Shown here: piece after piece, positions 25,782-38,300 of the stretch | How the letters are laid out: every line of letters begins with the position of its first letter | Numbering within the stretch: position 1 is the stretch's first letter | IMG/VR virus record: IMGVR_UViG_3300031951_000045 | DNA length: 64,000 nucleotides | Direction: 5' to 3' (one strand) | DNA from: an uncultured virus (IMG/VR IMGVR_UViG_3300031951_000045) | Taxonomy: Duplodnaviria; Heunggongvirae; Uroviricota; Caudoviricetes | Translations under genes and position numbers: made by a program | Notes under the pieces: model-generated | What the model saw: the letters and a program-made list of their open reading frames with translations, nothing else | Told to the model about the DNA's origin: nothing | Database searches by the model: none

Positions 25782-28700
25782 ATGAGAACAACTCCAGGGG
25801 CAGGTGCAATATTATTTCCAATTTTTGATGGAGATAAATATTCTGTATCAAAAATTGAAGTGATTGATGGTGGAGCAGGATATGCATCAACAGATCCTCC
25901 AAAAATTGAAATTGAAAATACTGCAACCCCAACAATTGAGGGTGTATTTTATCCAATAATTAATCATCCAAGCAATGGATCTATCGTTTCAGTTTTAATT
26001 GTAAATCCTGGTGAAGGTTATTTTCCAGTTACAAATACACTTGGTGAAAAAATTGGAATTGGAACCACGTCTTTAGTGGAGCCACAATTTGTAACTAAAG
26101 AATACGGTGCTGGAATTATAATGGGAGTGAGTGGTGGTATTGGAAGTGCAATATTTGAGAATGGATATAATGTAGCAATTAGTACCACAATTGCTGGCAT
26201 ATCAACTCTAATACCAAATGCATTAAGTCGCATTTATGGATTTGGTAATCCAATTCCATCAACAACAAATGGAATTGGAACGGATGCAAAATTTGAAGTT
26301 TGGATTACATATGATGGAACACCAGCAGGAAATCCAATTTCAACTTCAATTATTCTCAAAGATGGTGGAAGAGGATATAGAGTAGCAGATACAGTTTCAA
26401 TTGCTGGAACTTATCTTGGAGGAGAAAATCCAACTCACACATTATCATTCAATGTTTCTAAAGTTTCAAGTACAGCAATCGTATCAGCAGCAAATGCATC
26501 ATATACTGGTGTTGCTGGTACTACAATAGTTGGTGTTGGTTCTGGGGCAACATTCAATATATCAAGAGATTCTACTGGGAAAATTAGTTCAGTAACTGTT
26601 GCAAATGGTGGGAGAAATTATTCAATAGGAGTTGTTGGTGTTGGAACTACAAGCACATCATCAACTCCTACAGATATAATAAGTATTGCCGGAACACATA
26701 TTGGTGGTTCTACACCAGCAGATAATTTATTTGTTTCACCAACACTTTTGGGAACAGATATACTCCCTGACATTTTGTATATAGACAAACTAAATGATGA
26801 CCAATTTAAAGTTTCTGGACTTTCTACAGCATCAGAACTTGATATAAGTCAATTGGGTGTAGGGACACATTCATTTGCATTTGATAATCCAAATGCAAGT
26901 TCTTTAATTGCAATTGATAATATTATTCAAACTCCATTATACAGAAAAAATCTTACTTTTTCTTTATCATCTGGAGTTGGATTAGGAAATACAATATATG
27001 TGACTTCAGGTATTTCTTCACTAACTTCTTTAGATGTTTTGAAAATTGATTCTGAATATATGAATGTCAGAGCAGTTGGAATTGGTTCAACAAATGACAT
27101 TATTGTAGAAAGAGGTCAATATGGAAGTGAAATAAGAGCACACACTTCATCATCCACGATTAAAGTTTATAGAGGTGACTATAACATTGAAAAGGGAAAA
27201 ATTTATTTTTCAACTCCTCCTTATGGAAAAATAGGACAAGAAGGTTTGAAAGTTAGTTCAAATTTTCAAGGAAGATATTTTAGTAGAAGATTTGACCCAG
27301 GAAACACCACTGACAAAAATTTAGTTATTGATGACATTTCTTTAGATTTTACGGGAAAAGCAGAAAATTTAGGAATAAGAACAGGCACTTTAAATTATGA
27401 TAGTCAAGATAGTATATCAGGAATAGACACTACTAGTTTGGAGATTGGTGATACATTAAATTTAGAGTATTCTACTCCTTTTTTAATAAATTTAAATACA
27501 GTTATAAATTCAATTGGAATTGGAAGTATTGGAATTTCTCCAAATCATAATGTTTATGTGGGAATAGCAACTACCACATTTAATATCAGAAGACTTAATT
27601 TTTCTTTGAAAACCGATAATGAAATAATATCTGGAATTTACACAAATACTAATAGTTCTACTGATATAAACAACAATCCAATTATTTTAATAAACAACAT
27701 CCCCCAAGTAGCAGAAAAAGATTTTAAAATAGATACACCAGGCAACAATACGATCAAATTCATCAGTGGAGTTCCAAATGCTGGAAGAATAGTTAGAGTT
27801 GCAATTACTACTGGTTTTGGTTATCAACCCCTTGTAGGTGCCTCTGCAACGGTTTCTGTTTCTTCTGCTGGCACAATATCAAGTATTTCTTTAACTGGGG
27901 CAGGAAGTGGTTATAGAACTGCTCCTGTGATTAGTATTGCTTCAACAGTTGGATCTGGTGCTACGATTACTGCGACAATCGGTACTGGAGGAACGGTAAC
28001 TTCTCTGAGCATAGTAAATGCAGGAACTGGTTATACTACAAATATACTTCCACAAATAAACATACCAATTCCACCAAACTATAGTGATTTGAGTACAACT
28101 TATGCAGGAATTTCAACAGGAAGTGGAGAAGGGGCAAAAGTATCAGTAATTGTTGGAAATGGTTCCAGTGTAACTGGTTTTACTTTAGAAGATCCAGGAA
28201 GTGGTTATAAAGTTGGTGAAATTTTAGTTGTTCCAGGAATTACAACCAATCCAACTGTTGGTGCTGGTTTTAGTGAATTTAGAATTACTATTGAAGAAAC
28301 ATTTACTGATAAATTTGGAGGGTTTTATCCTGGCCAATTTATTAAATTTGATGATCCATCAAAATATTTTACAGGAACAAAGAGAAAATTTGATTTGCTG
28401 ATAGATAAAGAATCAATTTCATTAAAAACAAGTCCATTATCAGATTTAAAAGTTGAGAATAATTTCTTTGTGTTTATTAACGATATTATACAAGTTCCAA
28501 ATTTATCTTATAAAATAGTTGGTTCCAGAATAATCTTTACAGAAGCACCAAAAAAAGACTCAAAATGTTTAATTTTATTCTATAGAGGTTCAGATTTAGA
28601 CGTAGACCAAGTTGACCCACCAAAAACATTAAAAGAAGGAGATATAATTCAAATACAACAAAACAAATTTGAACTGACACAAAGAGAACAATTTGAAAGA

Positions 28701-30791
28701 GTAATTAAAAAGATTATTTCTTCAGATCAGTTTGATACTTTTACTTATGATAGTTTGGGAATAAATACTGATCCAAAAAAATCAAGACCATTAAAATGGA
28801 CAAAACAAACAAAAGATAGAATTATTAATGGGGTCTTATATTCTAAACAACGACCAGATTTAAAATCAAGGGTAACTCCAAAAACTCAAATAATTAAATC
28901 AGTATCAAAAACAGATACAAAAATTTATGTAAATAATGCATTTCCTTTATTTTCTATAGATGAAAATTTAAATTTAAAAGAAGAACTAAGAGATGTTGTA
29001 TTGATATCAAATAAAGATTTTACAATTTCCACTGGTACGGCTGTAGTATCAGCAGCATCAACGATTTCTGGTGTCTCAATTACTAGTGGTGGTTCTGGAT
29101 ATGAACCTTCAAGTCAACCAGATATTTCTATATCTTCGGCATTTATATCCAAAAAAGATCCAATTTATAATTGGCAAAAAACAAGTGGAATAAACACTTC
29201 TTTTAATTTCAATTCAGTAATTTATGGCAATAAATTTGTTGCTATTGGAAGTAGTAGTTTATTGGGAATTAGTGAAGATGGAAAATCTTGGACAACCTCT
29301 AATGTTGGTTTCGGCACAACAGTATCATTCAATTCAATATCTTTCGCATCAACATCAAATACTTATGTTGCTGTCGGAGATACAGGAAAAATTATTAAAT
29401 CTGTTGGTTTATCCTCTTGGACTGAATATAATTTAGTACAAAAAATATCTTTCAATTCAAGCAATATAGATGTAAATGATGTTGAAACTGAACCAAGTTT
29501 ATTTGAAGGAGGGTTCAATGATATTACATATTCACCAATAAAAGATACTTTCATTGCAGTTGGATCTACCTGCATTTTTTCTTCCATTGGAACTGGTTCT
29601 ACACAATTTGTAAAAAATAGTTTTAATTCACAAAATAATTTAAATAGTGCATCCAATAATAATTCAGTATTTGTTGTAGTTGGGGATAATGGTAGAGTTT
29701 CTTATTCAATAAATGAAAATATTTGGAAGTCTGTCACTAATTTCACTAATGAGAATTTAAACAAAGTTATTTGGGATGGTTCTAAATTTGTAATTGTCGG
29801 AAACAATTCAATCATAGCAACTTCCGAAACTGGAATAGATTGGTCATTGCAACAGAGTGTAAATATTTCTGTAAATATTGAAAATATTAAATATTTTGAT
29901 GGAATTTATGTTATTTTGGATAATAATGGTGATTTATATTATTCATTGAATCTTTCCTATTGGGAAAAAAGAACAACAAATCAAAACAATCCAATTAAAG
30001 ATATAGTTTATGTGCCAAATTTAAACTCCGATGCCATAACTGTTGCTGTTGGGGTTGCAGGGACAGTAATTTATACAAATCCATCTTATAATAGGGCATC
30101 TGCAATTTCCACAACAACAGGGGATTCTGTTTCATCTGTAACTATGATAAATGGTGGATTTGGATATTTGGAATCTTCTCCTCCCCCTGTTATTTTTGAA
30201 AGCATAACACCAAATAAGGAAAAAATTATTTCCATAAAAGCAAAGGGTGATTTTGGGACTATAATAGGAATTAATACTATAGGAATTGGACAATCATCTC
30301 TTGAGTTTATTTTAAAATCAGAAACTTATAATAACAGTGCTTTAGGTATTGGTTACTCTTCTCTTAATGTATTTGGAATAAATTATACTCAATTGACGGT
30401 AGGTGATTATTTTGTAATTTTTGATAGTAATGTAATAACTGGTTATGCTCTCACCGGAATTTCCACAATAACTGGAACGATTGTTGGATCTTCTGGTGTA
30501 TCAACAAATACTATTAATGGAGTTTATAGAGCAGAAAATGTAATTGTTGATGCTAATGTTGGTATTGTAACCGTTAGGTGTGATTTTGTTGTAGTTTCCG
30601 GTGGAGTAGACAAAGCAATTAGTACAGGAATTAATACTACTGGATTTTATGGTAGGTATACTTGGGGTCAAATATATGATTATCAAAACAGAGCAAGAGA
30701 AAATCCAAAACAATTTAGTGTAAATACAAGAGATGGATTAGTTGGTTTATCAACCGCACCAGAGATTTATAGGACTCGTGGTTTAGTTTAG
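25782..30791 (+). CDS. gp7-like baseplate protein, C-terminal part (1669 aa)
   Basis: IDNIIQTP, IDDIS..F.G, GFGYQPLVGA, YTWG..Y motifs; propeller-like FVAVG repeats; directly before g8. Confidence 0.7.
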   Translation: MRTTPGAGAILFPIFDGDKYSVSKIEVIDGGAGYASTDPPKIEIENTATPTIEGVFYPIINHPSNGSIVSVLIVNPGEGYFPVTNTLGEKIGIGTTSLVEPQFVTKEYGAGIIMGVSGGIGSAIFENGYNVAISTTIAGISTLIPNALSRIYGFGNPIPSTTNGIGTDAKFEVWITYDGTPAGNPISTSIILKDGGRGYRVADTVSIAGTYLGGENPTHTLSFNVSKVSSTAIVSAANASYTGVAGTTIVGVGSGATFNISRDSTGKISSVTVANGGRNYSIGVVGVGTTSTSSTPTDIISIAGTHIGGSTPADNLFVSPTLLGTDILPDILYIDKLNDDQFKVSGLSTASELDISQLGVGTHSFAFDNPNASSLIAIDNIIQTPLYRKNLTFSLSSGVGLGNTIYVTSGISSLTSLDVLKIDSEYMNVRAVGIGSTNDIIVERGQYGSEIRAHTSSSTIKVYRGDYNIEKGKIYFSTPPYGKIGQEGLKVSSNFQGRYFSRRFDPGNTTDKNLVIDDISLDFTGKAENLGIRTGTLNYDSQDSISGIDTTSLEIGDTLNLEYSTPFLINLNTVINSIGIGSIGISPNHNVYVGIATTTFNIRRLNFSLKTDNEIISGIYTNTNSSTDINNNPIILINNIPQVAEKDFKIDTPGNNTIKFISGVPNAGRIVRVAITTGFGYQPLVGASATVSVSSAGTISSISLTGAGSGYRTAPVISIASTVGSGATITATIGTGGTVTSLSIVNAGTGYTTNILPQINIPIPPNYSDLSTTYAGISTGSGEGAKVSVIVGNGSSVTGFTLEDPGSGYKVGEILVVPGITTNPTVGAGFSEFRITIEETFTDKFGGFYPGQFIKFDDPSKYFTGTKRKFDLLIDKESISLKTSPLSDLKVENNFFVFINDIIQVPNLSYKIVGSRIIFTEAPKKDSKCLILFYRGSDLDVDQVDPPKTLKEGDIIQIQQNKFELTQREQFERVIKKIISSDQFDTFTYDSLGINTDPKKSRPLKWTKQTKDRIINGVLYSKQRPDLKSRVTPKTQIIKSVSKTDTKIYVNNAFPLFSIDENLNLKEELRDVVLISNKDFTISTGTAVVSAASTISGVSITSGGSGYEPSSQPDISISSAFISKKDPIYNWQKTSGINTSFNFNSVIYGNKFVAIGSSSLLGISEDGKSWTTSNVGFGTTVSFNSISFASTSNTYVAVGDTGKIIKSVGLSSWTEYNLVQKISFNSSNIDVNDVETEPSLFEGGFNDITYSPIKDTFIAVGSTCIFSSIGTGSTQFVKNSFNSQNNLNSASNNNSVFVVVGDNGRVSYSINENIWKSVTNFTNENLNKVIWDGSKFVIVGNNSIIATSETGIDWSLQQSVNISVNIENIKYFDGIYVILDNNGDLYYSLNLSYWEKRTTNQNNPIKDIVYVPNLNSDAITVAVGVAGTVIYTNPSYNRASAISTTTGDSVSSVTMINGGFGYLESSPPPVIFESITPNKEKIISIKAKGDFGTIIGINTIGIGQSSLEFILKSETYNNSALGIGYSSLNVFGINYTQLTVGDYFVIFDSNVITGYALTGISTITGTIVGSSGVSTNTINGVYRAENVIVDANVGIVTVRCDFVVVSGGVDKAISTGINTTGFYGRYTWGQIYDYQNRARENPKQFSVNTRDGLVGLSTAPEIYRTRGLV

Positions 30792-30820
30792 AGATAAATA
30801 AAAAAAAGTATTTTCACACA

Positions 30821-32392
30821 ATGCCTGCGATTATATCTGATCAATTTAGAGTTATGAATGCTGAGACTTTCACTAAAAGTCTTGTTGCAGTTGGAAACAC
30901 CAATAATACATATTATACTTTTATTGGACAACCAAACGCTCTAAATCCACAAGCAAATGGAATTGCCGAGTGGGGAGCAAATCCCCCACCACCACTTGAT
31001 GGTTTTGAAGAAGAAAATAAAATAAAAGAAACCATCATATCAATGAAAAAGGTGACTCAGAGTGATGTGAGAAGAATGATTAGAAAGGTTGTCTGGGAAT
31101 CTGGTTCAAGCTATGAGATGTATAGGCACGATTATTCAATCTATAATTTATCACCAATTACAAACTCTTCTTCATTGTATGATGCTAATTATTATGTAAT
31201 TAATGAAGATTTGAGGGTTTATATTTGTTTACAAAATGGAGCAAATCCAGAAAATTCTAGAGGTAGACCATCTGTAGATCAACCAACTTTTGTTGATTTG
31301 GAACCAAGACCAGCAGGAACTAGTGGAGATGGATATATTTGGAAATATCTTTATACAATTAAACCATCAGAAATTGTAAAATTTGATTCTATTGAGTTTA
31401 TTCCAGTTCCAGAAGATTGGGGAACAGTCGGAGAGAGTATATCAACAAAAAATAATGCAATTGATGGAAAAATAGAAATCATTAATATCAAAAATAGAGG
31501 TTCTGGGTATAGTCCAATTTCTCAAACTTTTACAAATATTCCTATTCTTGGAGATGGGACTGGAGGAAAGGCAACAATTACGGTAGATTCTTTTGGGAAA
31601 GTTTCTGATATTTTTGTGAGTGATGGTGGAACTGGATACACAAAAGGTATAATCAAATTTGAACCAGGAGCACCTTCAATAACACAAAATTTAAGTAATA
31701 CTGGAACAAATGCTACATTTGAAGTTATTGTTCCACCAAAAGGTGGTCACGGATATGATATTTATAGAGAGTTGGGTGCATATAGGGCATTAGTTTATTC
31801 AAGATTTTCTACAGATTCTACAAATCCAGATACAATTATAGGAAATGATTTTGCTAGAATTGGAATTATAAAAAATCCAACTAAAAGTGGAAGTGCTGTA
31901 GAAAAATTAGAAACTGCCGAAGTAAGTGCGATGAAAGCATTGAAATTGACTGGTTCAGCAACTAGTACAACAACTTATGCAGTAGATTCAGTAATTACTC
32001 AACAAGTAAGTACTGGAGTTACTGCAATAGGTTTTGTTGCTGCTTGGGATAATGTCACAGGAGTTTTGAAATACTATCAACCTGTAGGACTAGCAACTGA
32101 GGGTGTTGGATATAACATAAATCAATTCACATCTTCTCCTGGTTCTGGTGGAAGTTTAACAATTGTTGGATCTTCAATGAATGGTTCTTCATTAACAATT
32201 GATAGTGGATTTACTGGATTAAGTACAGTAATAAATAATACTACATACCAATTGGGAAGTTATTTTACGTCTGGCATTTCATCGTCTGAATATAATAATA
32301 AATCCGGTGAAATTATATACATTGACAATAGATTCCCTGTACCAAGATCAAAAAGCCAAAAAGAAGATATTAAAATCGTCCTGGAGTTTTAA
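30821..32392 (+). CDS. g8: baseplate wedge subunit gp8
   Basis: MPAIISDQFR, YEMYRHDYS, DGYIWKYLYTI, QKEDIKIVLEF. Confidence 0.92.
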   Translation: MPAIISDQFRVMNAETFTKSLVAVGNTNNTYYTFIGQPNALNPQANGIAEWGANPPPPLDGFEEENKIKETIISMKKVTQSDVRRMIRKVVWESGSSYEMYRHDYSIYNLSPITNSSSLYDANYYVINEDLRVYICLQNGANPENSRGRPSVDQPTFVDLEPRPAGTSGDGYIWKYLYTIKPSEIVKFDSIEFIPVPEDWGTVGESISTKNNAIDGKIEIINIKNRGSGYSPISQTFTNIPILGDGTGGKATITVDSFGKVSDIFVSDGGTGYTKGIIKFEPGAPSITQNLSNTGTNATFEVIVPPKGGHGYDIYRELGAYRALVYSRFSTDSTNPDTIIGNDFARIGIIKNPTKSGSAVEKLETAEVSAMKALKLTGSATSTTTYAVDSVITQQVSTGVTAIGFVAAWDNVTGVLKYYQPVGLATEGVGYNINQFTSSPGSGGSLTIVGSSMNGSSLTIDSGFTGLSTVINNTTYQLGSYFTSGISSSEYNNKSGEIIYIDNRFPVPRSKSQKEDIKIVLEF

Positions 32393-32397
32393 GTAAA

Positions 32398-35300
32398 ATG
32401 CCACAAAATACAAATTTAAATGTATCCCCATATTTTGATGATTTTTCTGATCAGAAAGGATATCAGAAAGTATTATTTAAACCAGGAACTCCAATACAAT
32501 CAAGAGAATTAACAACACTCCAAAGTATTTTACAAAATCAAATTGAAAAGTTTGGAAAACACTTCTTTAAAGAAGGCTCAATGGTAATACCTGGACAAAT
32601 TGGTTACGATGATCAGTATTATTCTGTTCAAATTGATGAGTCTCATTTAGGTATTCCTGTTTCTTCGTATATAGAAAAATTTGTAGGAAAAAGTATCCAA
32701 GGAGAAACTAGTGGTGTTACAGCAGTAGTAGAAAACTATATTACCAATGAACAATCCGAACGAGGAAATTATACACTTTATATAAAGTACAAAAATTCAA
32801 GTAGTAGTAATTTTACTACAAGATCTTTTATTGATGGTGAAAATTTAATTTCTCTAGAAGATGTAGATTATACATTATCTACAATTCAAAGAAACACATC
32901 ATTTGCAACTGCAATTATATCAAATTCTACTTCTATTGGATCTGCGGCAAAAATAGAGGAAGGGGTTTATTTCATTAGAGGATTTTTTTTAACGGTATCC
33001 AAACAAACAACAATACTGGATCAATATGAAAATAGTCCTTCATACCGTGTAGGTCTTTTCATTGATGAAGAAATTGCAGTGGCCTCAAATAATTATAGTG
33101 ATTTATTTGATAATGCTCAAGGATTTTCTAATTATTCGGCACCTGGTGCAGATAGATTGAAAATATCATTATCTTTAATCAAAAAACCACTTGATGATTT
33201 TAATGATGAAAATTTTGTTGAATTGATGAGATTGGATTCTGGTGTATTGGTTAAATTTGTAAACAATTCTGATTATAATTTATTAAAAAATGAATTTGCC
33301 AGAAGAACATATGATGAATCTGGAGATTATTATATCAAACCATTTAATGTTTTTCTGAAAGATTCATTGAATGATAAAGTAGGAAATAGTGGAATATATT
33401 CGGAAAAACAAAAAACATCTCAGGGAAATGTTCCATCTGATGATTTAGCTTGTTTGTCTATAAGTCCAGGAAAAGCATATGTTAGGGGTTATGAAATAGA
33501 AACAATAAGTAATATTAGTGTTGATGTAGAAAAACCAAGAACAACTGAAAAAGTTTTTAATTCATCAATTCCATTTAATGTTGGCAGAAAAATTATAGTT
33601 AATAATGTTTTTGGAACAATTCCAGTGGGATTTGGAACAACATCTCAGGTTTCTCTTTATGGTGATAGAACATCAACAGTCGGAGTATCTTCTGGAACTA
33701 AAATTGGAATAGCAAGAGTTTATGATTTTAAACTCAAAAATGCTGAATATTCTAATGCTTCTACTCAATTTGAACTTTTTCTTTATGACGTTCAAACATA
33801 CACAAAATTGACTTTAAATTCCACAATAACTTCTTTAAGTACTCCAGCATTTATAGAAGGAAAGAGTAGTGGTGCTTCTGGATATTTAGTAAGTGCTGTT
33901 TCAAATTCTTCAGAATTGGTTTTATATCAGGTATCTGGTTCTTTCATTTCAAATGAACAACTCAAATCCAATGGAGAGGATTTAAATAGAAATGTATCTA
34001 GTTTAATTGATTATAATCTATCAGATGTACATCAAATTACTGCCAATGAATCGGCAGGAATAGGAACATTCACTGCAGATCCACTTCTTTCAGTTCAAAC
34101 TCTTTTAGCACCATCTGGAACACAATTTTCCATCAGTTCTAGTGGCACTGTAACTTCCGGACAAGAAAACTTTTATGTGGGAATAAAGGTAGGTGATGTT
34201 GTTTCTTACACAAAACAAGGGGATATTGTCCCAACTTATAATAAAGTTTCCGCAATAAGTACCTCTGGAAAAAATATAACAATTATACCAACAACATCAG
34301 TCTCTGGCATTTGTAGTGGCACTTTACCTGCAAGTAATATTGCAGTTAATGACTTTAAAAAAGTTTCATTAGAGGTTTTAAATAATCAAAATGCATTTTT
34401 GTACTCTAAATTAAATAATTCAAATATTTCAACGGTAGATTTAACAGGGTCTGAAATTATTATAAGAAAATCATATCAAATTCCATCAAGTTCATTTTCT
34501 TCGGGATCATATTCACAAATTTTAGAAACTGATCCAAATTTAACTTTATTGCCATTTGATGAAGAAGATTACAATTTAAGTTTTTCCAATGGAACTATTC
34601 CACCATTAAATAACCAAAAACTAACCGTAAGTGGGAGAACTGTATCAATTCAAGGTATTACACCAAATTCCAATTCTTCTACTTTGACGGTGACATTTAA
34701 AAAAATTAATGTTTCCTCCAGAAAAAAAATATACAATAGATGCTCTTCACTAATTATAAATAAAACTTCATCTGGAATAAACACTTCTACTAATGGTTTA
34801 ACGAAAAGTGATATATATGGATTAAGAGTTGAAGATAAAGAAATATCATTAAATGTTCCAGATGTAGAAAGTATTATTGGGATATTTGAGTCATCCACAT
34901 CGTCAGATCCAATTTTACCAAACATAACATTAACAAACTTAAATTCAAATATTTTAAATTTAATTAAAGGAGAAAGAATTGTCGGTAATGATAGCAATGC
35001 TGTAGCAGTGGTTGTTTCAAGCAATTCAACCAATGTAGTTGAGTTTGTCTACTTAAACGAAAATTCTTTTTACATTGGTGAAAACGTCATATTTGAAGAA
35101 TCAAAGATATCTGGAAAAGTAGATTCCATTTTGACCGGTGATAAAAATATAAAAAATAATTATATCTTGGATGAAGGTCAAAAAGTGGAATACTTAGATT
35201 TTTCCAAAATAGTTAGAAAAAGTGAATTTTCTTCGCCAACAAAAAAACTTAAAATAATTTTTAACAACTATACAATAAATTCAACAGATGATGGAGATTT

Positions 35301-38300
35301 GGTTAGTGTAGATTCATACGATAAAGAAAGATATGGAAAAGATATTTCTTTTGTTGGTTCAAATAGTTTAAGTGATGTTATTGATTTGAGACCAAGAGTT
35401 GCTCCATATTCAGGTACATATTCACCGTTTGAATATGAATCAAGAAAATTTGAATCAATAAATTCTTCAAAAAATATATTCTCAAATAATAAAGATATTA
35501 ATTTATCTTATGAGTATTATTTGCCAAGAATTGATAAATTATATTTAAATAAAGATGGTATATTTTTTATCAGCAAGGGAATTCCATCCATAGAATCTAA
35601 AGAACCAAATTCTTTGGATTCATCTTTAGAAGTTGCAACGATTAGATTACCGGCATATTTGTATAGTACTACAGATGCAACTATCATATTATCTTCTCAT
35701 AAAAGATATACTATGAGAGATGTTTCTAGATTAGAAGATAGAATAAAAAATATAGAATATTATACTTCATTATCTCTACTTGAATCTGATACTCAGAATC
35801 TTTCAATTCGTGATCCTCAAACAAAATTAGATAGATTTAAATGTGGTTTCTTTGTTGATAATTTTAGATCATATAATGGTGGTCAAATAAGAAGTAGAGA
35901 TTACAAAGCAAGTATTGATACTGCAAATGGAATTTTAAGACCATCGCACTATACAACGTCAATTGATTTACTCATAGGATCCGAATCTGTTGTTGGATTG
36001 GGAACAATATCAAATCCAAACACAGACCTTCGTTTTGCAAATGATTTCGGATCACCAAATATAAAAAAAGTTGGCAGTCAGTTACTACTCAATTACTCTG
36101 AAGTGGAGTATGTAAAAAATATATTTGCTACAAGATCGGAAAATGTAAATCCTTTTCATGTTATAAATTGGATTGGATCTATTGAATTAAACCCATCTTC
36201 TGATAGTTGGATAGAAACAAGAAAAACAAAAAAAACAGTTGATATTGAGGGAAGTTATCAGCAATCAATGGAACAACTTGGAGTTGATAGTAATACTGGA
36301 TTCTCTCCAATAGATTGGAATTCTTGGGAAACAAATTGGACTGGAGAAACTATATCCAATGGTCCAGAAATAGGGAGAATTAGTCAAGGAACAACTAATT
36401 TAGGAAACACTACTTTTGATCCAAGCGGATCTGGAAGGAGACAAGTTACTGATACAACTACATTTAGAGATGACTTTTTGACATTTAATAACCAAACAAT
36501 AACTAAAACTGGAACAAGTACAAGAGAAGGTATTCAATATAAAGTATCAGAAAAATTTGATTCAACTAATTTGGGAGATAGAGTAGTTTCCAGAGAAATC
36601 ATTAAAAAAATGAGATCCAGAAACATTGAAATTATTGCAAGAAGATTAAAGCCTTCTTCTAGATTTTATTGCTTTTTTGATAACGTAGATTTGACTTCTT
36701 ATGTAATCCCAAAACTTTTAGAAGTTTCTATGAGTAGTGGTACTTTTTCTCCAGGAGAAACAGTAATTGGCACTTTGGGCACAAAAAGCATAAGGTTTAG
36801 ACTCTCTCAACAAAACCACAAATATGGACCATACGATTCTGCAACAGAAGTGTATGTAGAGAACCCATATCAACCAGAAAATACATTATCTAGTTCTTAT
36901 TCATCAACAACAACCATTTTAAATGTTGATACTGCTAGTTTATCAATAAATTCTGAATCTAATTTTTATGGGTCATTAATTCAGGGAATGCAAATTGTTG
37001 GCCAAACTAGTAATGCAATTGCAACTGTCTCTGAGATTAGATTGGTAAGTGATTTTTCTGGAGTCTTTATTGGATCTGTATTGATCCCCGATTCTACTAT
37101 CCCATCAACACCTTCGTTTGAAACTGGAACAAAGACTCTTGTTTTGACAACTAGTTCTACAAATTCTACAGTTGTGACCTCAAATGAAAGTACTGCAGAA
37201 ACTAATTTTTATTCAGAAGGCACTTTAGATAATGTTGAAAATTCAACTCTTCGTATAAGAAATGCAAATATAGAAAGATTACCACAATCAGAAACAATAT
37301 TAGCATCAGAAACTGAAACTAGATTAGTATCAAGTAACACTTCAGAAAACAGAACAACAACAAGTCAAAGATGGGTTGATCCATTAGCACAATCATTTGA
37401 AGTTGCAGATAGAAATGGAGTATTCATAACAAAATGTGATATTTTCTTCAAAACAAAAGACACTAAAGGAGTTCCGGTAACTCTTCAAATTAGATCTATG
37501 AGGGATGGGACTCCAACTCAAGAAATTCTTCCTTTTGGTGAAATCGTATTGAATGCAAGTGATGTAAACATTTCTGAAGATGGAACTGTCCCCACTACAT
37601 TCACATTCCCATCTCCAATTTACCTTGAATCAGTAGGTAGTGGATATGCAATTGTATTAGTTTCATCTTCAAATGAATATAATGTTTGGATTTCTAGAAT
37701 GGGTGAAACTGATATTTCTACAATTGACAAACCAGATTCTGAGAAAATAATTGTTTCCCAACAACCAACTCTTGGGTCTTTATTTAAATCACAAAATGGT
37801 TCTACTTGGGAACCAAGTCAATTAGAAGATTTGAAATTTACTTTATATAGAGCAGATTTTGTAACTTCACCAGCATCAATTAGATTTTACAATCCAGAGT
37901 TGGCAGTTGGAAACAATCAAATAATTTCACTAAGACCAAATCCAATCAATACAAATTCAAATTCTGCATTGATTGGAATCGGAACGAGTTTATCTCCAGT
38001 TCAACAAAGTTCTTTGGTTATCGGAAATACAATAAGTCAAACAACCAATACTAATTTTACTGGAAAGTTAAAATCACTTGTTGGTGCAGTCGGGATTAAT
38101 TCTGAATTGACTTTAACAAATACAGGAATGGGTTTTACTAGTGGACCCAAATTATATTCTAATATAAATTTAAAAACACTTACTGGATTTGGAAATAATG
38201 CCAAGGTAAATCTTTTTGTATCTGGCGGAGTTGCAGTTGCAGCAACAGTAACTGATGGTGGTTCTGGATATAAAATTGGAGATACACTGACTGTAAATTC

